NCBI GenBank assembly: GCA_964459225.1
Contig: CAYWKB010000001.1
Coordinates: 180,140 to 244,139 of the forward strand
Source: an uncultured Candidatus Saccharibacteria bacterium
GTDB lineage: Bacteria; Patescibacteriota; Minisyncoccia; Phycocordibacterales; PALSA-1337
DNA: 64,000 nucleotides
Reading direction: 5' to 3'
Below are positions 38,668-47,914 of the stretch, in pieces. The translations under genes were made by a program, and so were the position numbers. Within the stretch, counting starts at the first letter, position 1, and each line of letters starts with the position of its first letter. The notes under the pieces were generated by a model, which was not told the origin of the DNA, did not search any database, and was given only the letters and a program-made list of their open reading frames with translations.

Positions 38668-38726
38668 TTCTCCAATCCCTCCTACTCCTCTCCTTATCCC
38701 CAAACCCCACCCCCCTCCTCACTATC
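38668..38726. repeat. Polypyrimidine C-rich tract (G-rich on the minus strand) with G-quadruplex potential.
   Basis: CTCCAATCCCTCCTACTCCTCTCCTTATCCCCAAACCCCACCCCCCTCCTCACTATC sits in an otherwise AT-rich intergenic region. The minus strand reads GGGGGGTGGGGTTTGGGGATAAGGAGAGGAGTAGGAGGG. Confidence 0.5.
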
Positions 38727-38731
38727 TTTAA

Positions 38732-38740
38732 TGCTATAAT
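38732..38740 (+). promoter_or_regulatory. Extended -10 element TGcTATAAT upstream of pilB.
   Basis: Perfect TATAAT with an upstream TG, 17 nt before the pilB ATG. Confidence 0.3.
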
Positions 38741-38757
38741 TTACTTAATTACTCTAT

Positions 38758-40506
38758 ATGTTCATCGAAGACACACAGCTTCATAAATTCATTCTTGACT
38801 CCAACCTTGTTTCCAAGGCTGATCTTGAATCTGCTCAAAAGGAGGCTGATAAAAAGGGTATTAGGGTGGGGGAAGTTCTTGTTAGTACTGGGAAAATTAC
38901 TGAAGATAATCTGCGTAGAATGCAAGCTTATGTTCTCGGTATTCCTTTCGTTGATTTGAAAGAAAAGAAAATCCCTTTTGAAACTCTTTCTCTCATCCCT
39001 GAGCCCGTTGCTCGTACTCACAATATTGTTGCTTTTAAAAAGGATGGGGACAATCTTGAAGTTGCTATGCTTGATGTTGATGATCTTTCTGCTATTGATT
39101 TTATTAAGAAAAAGGTCAGTCTTAAGATATTACCTAGACTTACTGATGTTGAATCTATTAAAAATGTTATTATTCAATATCAAAAGAGTTTAAAAGCTGA
39201 ATTCGGTGACCTTATTCAAAAGGAAAGTGCAACTTTGAAAACCATTGCCGAGGAAGGTGGCAAAACTGTTTCTAGTGATGATTTAAAAAAGATTGCTGAA
39301 GATCTTCCTGTTATTCGTATTGTTGATACTCTTTTAAAGCATGCAATTATACAAGATGCTTCGGATATTCATATTGAACCTATGGATGATCAGCTTTTGG
39401 TCAGATATCGTATCGATGGTTTGCTACATGATGCCATGGTCTTACCGAAAAATGCCGAGGCATCTATAACCGCGCGTATTAAGGTGCTTTCTAATCTTAA
39501 ATTGGATGAAAAGCGTTTGCCACAGGATGGTAGGTTTAAAATCGAAATGAATAATGAAAAGGTTTCCTTCCGTGTCTCTATACTTCCTACTTATTATGGT
39601 GAAAAGACTGTTATGCGTTTACTTAGAGAAAGTGTTTCGGGCTTTACTCTTGAATACCTTAACTTCCATGGTGAGGGATTAGAAAGAATACATAATGCTG
39701 TAAAGCTTACAACAGGAATGATACTTACAACTGGCCCTACAGGATCTGGAAAGACTACTACTTTGTATACTGTTTTGGATATTTTAAATCAGCCTGATGT
39801 TAATATTTCAACAATTGAGGATCCTGTTGAATATCAAATGAAAAGAATAAATCAAACTCAGGTAAAGCCGGAAATTGGTTTTACTTTTGCATCTGGTCTT
39901 CGTACTCTTGTTCGTCAGGATCCTGATGTGATCATGGTGGGGGAGATTCGTGATAATGAAACCGCGTCACTTGCGGTGAATGCTGCTCTAACTGGTCACT
40001 TGGTGCTTTCAACTCTTCACACAAACAGTGCTGCGGGAGCAATTCCAAGACTTTTGGATATGAAGATTGAGCCCTTTTTACTTGTTTCTACAATCAACAT
40101 AATAATCGCTCAAAGATTGGTGCGTAAATTGTCAGATACAAAGGAAAAGTATTTTATGAGCAAGGCCGAACTTGCTGCATTGGCTAAAACTGTTGATTTG
40201 GATCGTGTTCTTGAAGCATTAAAAGCCGAAAAAGTTGTTAAGCAAGGTGATACATGGGACAAAATTCCGTTTTGGAAAGCAGTGCCAGGTAAGGACGATG
40301 ATGGATACAAGAGTAGAGTTGGTATACATGAAGTGCTAAAGGTAACCGAAAGTATAAAGACACTCATAATAAAGGGTGCAACAACTGCCGAAATAGAGGC
40401 ACAAGCCAAAAAGGAGGGAATGATAACAATGCTTGAAGATGGAATATTTAAATGCGTAGTCGGTAGCACAACTATAGAGGAAGTATTGAGAGTAATTTCT
40501 GAATAA
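38758..40506 (+). CDS. pilB: Type IV pilus assembly ATPase PilB (GspE family).
   Basis: N-terminal GSPII_E-type domain, Walker A motif GPTGSGKTTTLY, and the tetracysteine-less C-terminal domain. Length is 582 aa. Confidence 0.9.
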   Translation: MFIEDTQLHKFILDSNLVSKADLESAQKEADKKGIRVGEVLVSTGKITEDNLRRMQAYVLGIPFVDLKEKKIPFETLSLIPEPVARTHNIVAFKKDGDNLEVAMLDVDDLSAIDFIKKKVSLKILPRLTDVESIKNVIIQYQKSLKAEFGDLIQKESATLKTIAEEGGKTVSSDDLKKIAEDLPVIRIVDTLLKHAIIQDASDIHIEPMDDQLLVRYRIDGLLHDAMVLPKNAEASITARIKVLSNLKLDEKRLPQDGRFKIEMNNEKVSFRVSILPTYYGEKTVMRLLRESVSGFTLEYLNFHGEGLERIHNAVKLTTGMILTTGPTGSGKTTTLYTVLDILNQPDVNISTIEDPVEYQMKRINQTQVKPEIGFTFASGLRTLVRQDPDVIMVGEIRDNETASLAVNAALTGHLVLSTLHTNSAAGAIPRLLDMKIEPFLLVSTINIIIAQRLVRKLSDTKEKYFMSKAELAALAKTVDLDRVLEALKAEKVVKQGDTWDKIPFWKAVPGKDDDGYKSRVGIHEVLKVTESIKTLIIKGATTAEIEAQAKKEGMITMLEDGIFKCVVGSTTIEEVLRVISE

Positions 40507-40509
40507 TAT

Positions 40510-41727
40510 ATGTCACATTTTATTTATAAAGCAAAAAAGACAGATGGTGAAATATATAAAGGCGAAAGAGACGCTAAAGATCGTTATGAACTTTATAAAT
40601 TAATAAAAGATAGTGGAGATGAGGTAATAGATGTAAAGGAAAAGTCTGCCAAGGGTTTATCATCACTTAATATTGCAATTCCATTTATTGGATCTATTAA
40701 AACTCAAGAAAAGATTAATTTTGCAAGAAATCTAGGTTCAATGATAACTGCAGGTCTTGCTATGTCACGCGCACTTGCCGTTATGGAAAGGCAAACTAAA
40801 AATAAAGAATTAAAAAAGATTTTAATTGACTTACAGGCGGATATAAATAGCGGAAAGACATTGAGCCAGGCAATGTCGGCACATAAAAAGATGTTTTCAT
40901 CTCTCTTTATATCTATGGTTTCAGCAGGGGAGCAAAGTGGTAATCTCGCAGAGTCTCTTAAAATAGTTGGTAATCAAATGGACAAAAGTTATGCCTTACA
41001 AAGGAGAGTGAGAGGTGCACTTATGTATCCTGCTGTTATCGTTTTTGCGATGATACTTATAGCAATACTTATGCTTACTTATATAGTTCCAACTCTTATG
41101 AAGACATTTACAGAGTTAAAGCTTGAGCTACCAGCATCAACAAAGTTTGTATTGTTTGTAAGTAATATGGTTAGGGATAATGGATTTATTGTACTTATTA
41201 TAACTATCGCTATTATTGCTCTATTGTTTATTTGGTCTAAAAAGGAAAATGGTAAAAAAGTTTTGCATTATGCTATTTTAAAAATACCGATTGTAGGAGG
41301 GATAATACAGGAGGTAAATACAGCAAGAACAGCAAGGACACTTTCATCGCTTTTAAATTCTGGTGTTGATGTGGTTGAATCAATGAAAATAACTGCTGAT
41401 GTTATACAAAATATACATTACAAAAAGGTTTTAGAGCTTTCAAGTAAAAGTATTGAAAAAGGAGACTCTATTTCAAAAGTATTTACTGAAAATAAAAAGC
41501 TGTACCCAATATTCCTTGGTGAAATGATGAGTGTGGGAGAGGAAACGGGTAAGATAGGTGAAATGCTTATGGGCGTGGCTACATTTTATGAAGATGATGT
41601 AGATCAAAAAACAAAAGACATGTCTACAGTTATTGAACCATTCCTTATGGTCTTTATTGGTGCTGTTGTTGGATTTTTCGCTGTTGCGATGATTTCTCCT
41701 ATGTATTCATTGGTAAATGTTATTTAA
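40510..41727 (+). CDS. pilC: Type IV pilus platform protein PilC (GspF family).
   Basis: Duplicated GspF domains with three transmembrane segments. Length is 405 aa. Confidence 0.85.
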   Translation: MSHFIYKAKKTDGEIYKGERDAKDRYELYKLIKDSGDEVIDVKEKSAKGLSSLNIAIPFIGSIKTQEKINFARNLGSMITAGLAMSRALAVMERQTKNKELKKILIDLQADINSGKTLSQAMSAHKKMFSSLFISMVSAGEQSGNLAESLKIVGNQMDKSYALQRRVRGALMYPAVIVFAMILIAILMLTYIVPTLMKTFTELKLELPASTKFVLFVSNMVRDNGFIVLIITIAIIALLFIWSKKENGKKVLHYAILKIPIVGGIIQEVNTARTARTLSSLLNSGVDVVESMKITADVIQNIHYKKVLELSSKSIEKGDSISKVFTENKKLYPIFLGEMMSVGEETGKIGEMLMGVATFYEDDVDQKTKDMSTVIEPFLMVFIGAVVGFFAVAMISPMYSLVNVI

Positions 41728-41730
41728 TTA

Positions 41731-43524
41731 ATGAAAAATCTTTTCAATAAAAATGTTAAATCAAATAATGGATTTACACTAATTGAAACCTTGGTGGGTG
41801 TGGGAGTATTCCTTGTCATTTCTGTTTCCGCATATCAGGCTTATGTCAGTTTATTTGCGCTTATAAATCAAAATCAATATAAAATAATTGCTCTAAATCT
41901 CGCAAATGAGCAATTTGAAATAATTAGAAATTTAAAGTATTCGGATGTCGGTACTATTTCAGGAATTCCAAATGGTAAAATACCAGCAAGTCAAACTCTA
42001 AACAGGGGAGGAGTGGATTATATTGTTACAACAACCATAAGAAATGTTGATTTGCCTTTTGATGGTACTTTATCTGGCAGTCCAAATGATTTATCTCCTG
42101 CGGATAATAAATTTGTTGAAGTGGATATCACTTGCCCAAGTTGTGCTGTATTTCAGCCTATTAAATTAACGACAACGGTTGCACCGAAAAATCTTGAAAC
42201 ATCATCAACAAATGGTGCACTTATAATAAAAGTATTTGATGCAAACGGAGTTGCTATATCTGGGGCAAATGTTCATATTGAAAATAATAAAATAAATCCA
42301 AAAATTGTTATAGATGATGTGACTGATAATAATGGAATATTGCAAATAGTTGATGCCCCACCTGGAGTAGAGGCATATGAAATAACAGTTACAAAATCTG
42401 GATATACCACGGATATGACATATACAAGTGGTGCTGTGGCTAATCCTAATCCATTAAAACCTCATGCAACGGTGGTGCTTCAAAGTGTTACTCAAATAAG
42501 TTTTTCAATAGATAAAAAGAGTTCAATGAACTTTAGTAGCATGACTCCGACCTGCGTTCCTGTACCTAATATTGATTTTAATTTAAAGGGATCAAAGCTT
42601 ATAGGGACAAATGTAAATAAATATTCTGCAAATCATACAACAAATAGTAGTGGTCAATATACAAATAATAATATTGAATGGGATACATATACTGTAACCG
42701 GGATAGATGGTGCTTATGATATTATCGGTATCAATCCACTTAATCCTGTAAATATTAATCCAGATTCATCACAAAATATTGATATAATCATTGCAAGCAA
42801 GGAACCTAAAAGTGTTTTGGTAACTGTTAAAGATAATATAACTTTATTACCTGTAACTGATGCAACAGTTAAACTCACAGATGATGATGGTCATATTGTC
42901 ACTCTTGTAACAGATAGAGGATTTATAAATCAAACAACATGGGAAGGGGGTGCTGGAGTAGACTACACTGCACAAGATGGAAATATTGAAATCTCAAGTC
43001 CAGATGGTGAAATCAAATTAAAAAATGCTTTCGGTGTATATAATAGTGATGGAGTTTTGGAATCAAAAACTTTTGATACCGGTTCAGCAAGTAATTTCCA
43101 TAATCTTTCATGGACACCAGTTGATCAACCCGTTTCTGCTGGTCCTGCTAGTGTGAAGTTTCAAATAGCAAGTACTGCATCTTCAAGTTCAGAAAATCCA
43201 GTATGGAACTATATAGGGCCAGATGGAACAAATGCGACTTATTATACGGTTTCAGATACTCCAATTTCGACAGTTCATAATGGACATAGATATATAAGAT
43301 ACAAAGTATTTATGCATACAGATGACAATACTGTTACACCAAATATTTCTGATGTTTCATTTACAATGACTTCATCATGTACACCACCGGGTCAAGTTGT
43401 ATTTTCTAATTTAGAATCAGGAAATTATACTTTAAATATTACAAAGACAGGATATTCACCATATACAACAAATGTCACTGTGAATTCTGATTTTAAAGAA
43501 GTTGAAGCAATAATATCACCATAA
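41731..43524 (+). CDS. Large prepilin-type (class III signal) pilin-like protein.
   Basis: N-terminal cleavage/methylation motif NGFTLIETLVGVGVFLV. The 597-aa body contains carboxypeptidase-regulatory-like and Ig-like beta domains. Confidence 0.7.
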   Translation: MKNLFNKNVKSNNGFTLIETLVGVGVFLVISVSAYQAYVSLFALINQNQYKIIALNLANEQFEIIRNLKYSDVGTISGIPNGKIPASQTLNRGGVDYIVTTTIRNVDLPFDGTLSGSPNDLSPADNKFVEVDITCPSCAVFQPIKLTTTVAPKNLETSSTNGALIIKVFDANGVAISGANVHIENNKINPKIVIDDVTDNNGILQIVDAPPGVEAYEITVTKSGYTTDMTYTSGAVANPNPLKPHATVVLQSVTQISFSIDKKSSMNFSSMTPTCVPVPNIDFNLKGSKLIGTNVNKYSANHTTNSSGQYTNNNIEWDTYTVTGIDGAYDIIGINPLNPVNINPDSSQNIDIIIASKEPKSVLVTVKDNITLLPVTDATVKLTDDDGHIVTLVTDRGFINQTTWEGGAGVDYTAQDGNIEISSPDGEIKLKNAFGVYNSDGVLESKTFDTGSASNFHNLSWTPVDQPVSAGPASVKFQIASTASSSSENPVWNYIGPDGTNATYYTVSDTPISTVHNGHRYIRYKVFMHTDDNTVTPNISDVSFTMTSSCTPPGQVVFSNLESGNYTLNITKTGYSPYTTNVTVNSDFKEVEAIISP

Positions 43525-43525
43525 T

Positions 43526-44143
43526 ATGCAAAAAAATATAATTAAAAATAATGGTTTTAGTCTAATTGAAATAATTATTGTGATTGGAATCTTTTCTATC
43601 ATCATGATTGCAGTCACATCATTTCAGAAAAATGTTTTGGTATACAATAAATACTCTTCTGATTCATTAAACAGCGCACAAGATGCGAGAAATATAATAA
43701 AGGTGATGATAAGGGATTTACGTATTGCATCGCCTAGTAATAATGGAGCATTTGCCATAGCACAAGCAGCAACAAATACTATTACATTTTTTAGTGATAC
43801 AGATGGCGACGGATTAAAAGAGCAAATTAGATATTACATAAATAACAATATACTCATGAAGGGAACTATAAAGCCTACAGGATCTCCTCCGGTGTATAAT
43901 TCAGGTAATGAGACATTGAGTACATTGGCATATAATGTCAAAAATGCTACCAGTACAGCATTGTTTGAATATTTTGATGACAATTATGCTGGTACAAGTA
44001 GTCCTATGATTATGCCGGTAAGTGTAACTGATATACACTTAATAAAGGTTAATTTAATGATTGATGCGGATCCAAATAGATCGCCAATACCAAGACTATA
44101 TACATCACAAGTAAATTTAAGAAATTTAAAAGATAATTTATGA
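43526..44143 (+). CDS. Prepilin-type pseudopilin.
   Basis: N-terminal NGFSLIEIIIVIGIFSII prepilin motif. Length is 205 aa. Confidence 0.7.
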   Translation: MQKNIIKNNGFSLIEIIIVIGIFSIIMIAVTSFQKNVLVYNKYSSDSLNSAQDARNIIKVMIRDLRIASPSNNGAFAIAQAATNTITFFSDTDGDGLKEQIRYYINNNILMKGTIKPTGSPPVYNSGNETLSTLAYNVKNATSTALFEYFDDNYAGTSSPMIMPVSVTDIHLIKVNLMIDADPNRSPIPRLYTSQVNLRNLKDNL

Positions 44144-45615
44144 TTACAAATTTTTTAAAAAACAAAAATAGAAAAATAAATTCAAATGGTTTTATACTAG
44201 TTAATGTACTCGTATTTGGTGTTATAGCAATAATTGTGACTACTGCTTTGGTAAATTGGGGAGCAACAATGCTTAAAAGTACAAGACAATTAACGGCCAG
44301 GGAACAAGCCTTTCAAATAGCTGAAGCGGGTATTGATTATTATAGATGGCATTTAGCACATGCACCAAATGATTATAAAGATGGTAATGCAACAAGTAGT
44401 TATGGACCATTTCCGCATGATTTTAAAGATAGAGAGGGTAATGTTATAGGAAGATTTGAATTAACTATAACTCCACCTCCACAAGGTTCAACTGTGGTTA
44501 AGATTTTATCAAAAGGAATTGTTGATGAATATCCAGATGTGTATAGGAAAATACAAACCACATTAGCTATTCCTTCATTTGCCAAATTTGCTGTGGTTGC
44601 AAACGATATTATGAGATTTGGTGCGGGTACTGAGGTTTATGGACCAATTCATTCTAATAATGGAATTAGATTTGATGGAATTACACATAATATTATTACA
44701 AGTGCAAAGGACAAATACATTGACCCGGACAATGGTGGACAATATAGATTTGGAGTTTATACAACAGATAGTCCAGCAGACCCCAATCCTCCAGCAGCAG
44801 TGCCAAATAGACCAGATGTGTTTATGGCGGGTAGACAATTTCCAGTTGCGGCAGTTGATTTTACTGGTATTACAACAGATTTATCTCAGATGAAAGCCGA
44901 TGCTCAATCAAACGGTAAGTATTTTGCAGCTTCAGGTGCACAAGGATACAGGATTTTATTGAAGACAAATGATACTTTTGATTTATATAAGGTAAATTCA
45001 TTAAGACCAGTTCCTGGTGCTTGTTATAATCAAAATAATCAGACGGATTGGGGTACATGGAGTATAAATACAGCAAATGGCTCAGAAACATTTATACAAA
45101 ACTATCCATTACCGGTAAATGGAATAATCTTTGCTGAAGATAATATATGGGTAGAAGGCCAAATAGATACAGCAAGAGTAACAATTGCAGCAGGTAAATT
45201 TCCAGACAATGTAAATACAAGGAAAAATATTATTGTTAATAATGATTTAAAGTATACAAATTATGACGGCAGGGATGTTATCTCACTTATTGCTCAGGGA
45301 AATATTACAACAGGATTATTTAGTGATAATAGTTTAAGGATTGATGCAGCACTTATGGCACAAAACGGTAGAGCGGGAAGGTATTATTATAATAATACCT
45401 GTAAACTTGGTGGTACAAATTGGTATGTAAGAGATGATATTACACTTTATGGAATGATAGGTTCAAATCAAAGATATGGTTATGCGTATACGGACAATAC
45501 TGGTTATACAACTAGAAATATAGTTTATGATGGCAATTTACTATACGCACCGCCACCTAGTTTTCCATTGACTTCTGATCAATATAGTACGATATCTTGG
45601 GAAGAGCTAAAGTAG
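44140..45615 (+). CDS. PilX-N-like pilus-associated protein.
   Basis: N-terminal hydrophobic segment NGFILVNVLVFGVIAIIVTTALV without Glu at +5, which is PilX_N-like. It is last in the pilus operon, and its start overlaps the preceding gene's stop. Confidence 0.5.
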   Translation: MITNFLKNKNRKINSNGFILVNVLVFGVIAIIVTTALVNWGATMLKSTRQLTAREQAFQIAEAGIDYYRWHLAHAPNDYKDGNATSSYGPFPHDFKDREGNVIGRFELTITPPPQGSTVVKILSKGIVDEYPDVYRKIQTTLAIPSFAKFAVVANDIMRFGAGTEVYGPIHSNNGIRFDGITHNIITSAKDKYIDPDNGGQYRFGVYTTDSPADPNPPAAVPNRPDVFMAGRQFPVAAVDFTGITTDLSQMKADAQSNGKYFAASGAQGYRILLKTNDTFDLYKVNSLRPVPGACYNQNNQTDWGTWSINTANGSETFIQNYPLPVNGIIFAEDNIWVEGQIDTARVTIAAGKFPDNVNTRKNIIVNNDLKYTNYDGRDVISLIAQGNITTGLFSDNSLRIDAALMAQNGRAGRYYYNNTCKLGGTNWYVRDDITLYGMIGSNQRYGYAYTDNTGYTTRNIVYDGNLLYAPPPSFPLTSDQYSTISWEELK

Positions 45616-45636
45616 CTATGGTATAATCTCTATAAT

Positions 45637-46389
45637 ATGAAAAATAAGATTATTGTAGGGAATTGGAAAATGAATCCAAATACTCTAGAAGAAGCCAAAA
45701 ACATTTTTAATACAATTAAAAAGGTTTCTTTAAAATTAAACAAAGTAAATATTGTTATTTGTCCTCCTTTTACATATTTAAAATCTTTAATAAAAGACGA
45801 AAATAGTATTTCAATTGGTGCACAAAATGTATTTAGTGAAGAACAGGGTTCATTTACAGGCGAGATAAGTGCAAATATGTTAAAAGATTTAGGTGTTAAA
45901 TATGTTATAGTCGGACATTCAGAAAGGAGGAAAATGGGCGAAACAGATCAATTGATATCAAAAAAGATTCAATTAACTCTCGATTTAGGGATAAATACAA
46001 TATTATGTATTGGTGAAATGCAAAGAACAGATCAGGGAGAGCATCTGGACTATATTAAAGAGCAGATTAAAAATTCACTCGATAAGGTTTCAAAGAAAAA
46101 TATTTCAAAATTAATTATCGCTTATGAACCAGTGTGGGCAATAGGGGGTAAAGAGGCGATGAATAGTGCGATGATAAATGAAATGGTGATATTTATCAGG
46201 AAAACCATTAGTGATATATATGGACATGATATTGCAATGTCTATACCAGTGCTTTATGGGGGATCTGTAAATTTCAGAAATGCACGAGATATAATCATAG
46301 AAGGTAATGTAGATGGTTTATTGGTAGGTAGGGAAAGTCTAAATACAGAAGGATTTAGTGAATTATTAAAAACAATAGATATACTATAA
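45637..46389 (+). CDS. tpiA: Triosephosphate isomerase.
   Basis: IVGNWKMN, VIVGHSERR and the catalytic Glu region AYEPVWAIG. Confidence 0.9.
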   Translation: MKNKIIVGNWKMNPNTLEEAKNIFNTIKKVSLKLNKVNIVICPPFTYLKSLIKDENSISIGAQNVFSEEQGSFTGEISANMLKDLGVKYVIVGHSERRKMGETDQLISKKIQLTLDLGINTILCIGEMQRTDQGEHLDYIKEQIKNSLDKVSKKNISKLIIAYEPVWAIGGKEAMNSAMINEMVIFIRKTISDIYGHDIAMSIPVLYGGSVNFRNARDIIIEGNVDGLLVGRESLNTEGFSELLKTIDIL

Positions 46390-46393
46390 ACGA

Positions 46394-47482
46394 ATGAAAT
46401 TCTTAAAAGATATTGAAAAAGAAGGTATAGATTTAAATGGATTAAAAGTTTTATTAAGACTTGATTTAAATGTTCCAGTCGCAGATGGAAAGGTTGTAGA
46501 TGATTATAGGATTAAAAAATCATTGAAAACAATTAACTTTTTGAAAGATAAGGGTGCAAAAATAATAATATTAAGTCATATTGAAACAAAGGATAATCCG
46601 AGTTTAAAACCAATTTGTCATCATTTAAGTTCACTCGGTATTGAATGTTATTTTGAAGATAATTATAGAAATATAATTAAAGTGATAGATCAAAATCAAA
46701 TAGTCTTACTCGAAAATATAAGAAAATATGAAGGTGAAAAAGATAACGAAAGAGATTTTGCAAAACAATTAGCAAGCCTAGCAGATATATATGTAAATGA
46801 TGCATTTGCTGTATCACATCGTAAACATGCTTCTATTTGTGCAATTACAGAGTTTATACCAAGTTATGCTGGACTACAGTTTCAAGATGAAATAGATAAT
46901 TTAAAATCAGCATTTGAGCCCGATAGACCATTTTTATTTATCATCGGTGGTGCAAAATTTGATACAAAGTTACCTTTAATTAAAAAGTTTTTAAATATTG
47001 CAGACAAGGTGTTTATTGGTGGTGCATTGGTGCATGATATATATAAAGCAAAGGGAATAGACATTGGTGATTCACTTGTTTCAGATATTATCCCAGACTT
47101 AAGTGGAATATTGGATAATGATAAATTGATCATGCCTATTGATAGTGTGTATAAAGATAAAGCAATAATGGATATTGGTAATAAGACAATTGATGTTTTG
47201 ATAAAAGAAATACCAAAATATAAATATATATTATGGAATGGCCCTATGGGTGCATATGAAGGTGGATACAAAAACGGTACCGTTGAATTGGCAAAGGTTT
47301 TATCACAAGTAACTAAAAATGGTGTAAAAACAATAGTCGGTGGTGGAGATACTCTAGCTACAATTCGAGAGTTAAACATTGAGGATTCATTTACTTTTGT
47401 TTCGACTGCCGGAGGTGCAATGCTTGATTATCTAGCACAGGGAACTTTACCAGGAATTGAAGCATTAAATATTGAAAAATAA
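46394..47482 (+). CDS. pgk: Phosphoglycerate kinase.
   Basis: LLRLDLNVP N-terminal motif, FIIGGAKFDTK and VGGGDT motifs. Confidence 0.9.
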   Translation: MKFLKDIEKEGIDLNGLKVLLRLDLNVPVADGKVVDDYRIKKSLKTINFLKDKGAKIIILSHIETKDNPSLKPICHHLSSLGIECYFEDNYRNIIKVIDQNQIVLLENIRKYEGEKDNERDFAKQLASLADIYVNDAFAVSHRKHASICAITEFIPSYAGLQFQDEIDNLKSAFEPDRPFLFIIGGAKFDTKLPLIKKFLNIADKVFIGGALVHDIYKAKGIDIGDSLVSDIIPDLSGILDNDKLIMPIDSVYKDKAIMDIGNKTIDVLIKEIPKYKYILWNGPMGAYEGGYKNGTVELAKVLSQVTKNGVKTIVGGGDTLATIRELNIEDSFTFVSTAGGAMLDYLAQGTLPGIEALNIEK

Positions 47483-47483
47483 T

Positions 47484-47843
47484 TTAGATATTTTGTCTTA
47501 TTAATTTTGCATTATTTTCAAAATCCTTTTTATCTCCTATTACATCTCTATTTGGAAATATCCAAATATGAGCATGATGAACTTCTTCGCCAACTATTTT
47601 ACTTAATATAAAGTCTGTTTTAAATGCTTTTTGCTGTGCTAGGGCTACCTTTTTTGCTATTTCAAAATATTCACCGGCATTTGGAACATCCCATACCCAT
47701 CTATAATGTGTTTTGGGTACTATAAGTGTATGTCCAACAGTTTCGGGATTAATGCTTAAAAATGCTAGAAAATTATCGTCTTCATAAACGATATTTGATG
47801 GCAGTTCCTTTTTTATTATTTTACAAAATATACAATTATCCAT
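47484..47843 (-). CDS. HIT-family (histidine triad) hydrolase.
   Basis: EVHHAHIWIFP contains the HxHxHxx motif, and the N-terminus is NCIFCKI. Confidence 0.85.
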   Translation of the reverse strand: MDNCIFCKIIKKELPSNIVYEDDNFLAFLSINPETVGHTLIVPKTHYRWVWDVPNAGEYFEIAKKVALAQQKAFKTDFILSKIVGEEVHHAHIWIFPNRDVIGDKKDFENNAKLIRQNI

Positions 47844-47914
47844 AAATAATATAATAACACAAAAATCAGCTCTATTTTCATCGCGATTTTATCCTATCTG
47901 ATATACTTATTGCC

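Noticed and set aside
38749-39021. 90-aa antisense ORF overlapping the pilB start
   Set aside because: It lies entirely within or opposite the well-supported pilB N-terminal coding region. It is a spurious antisense frame.
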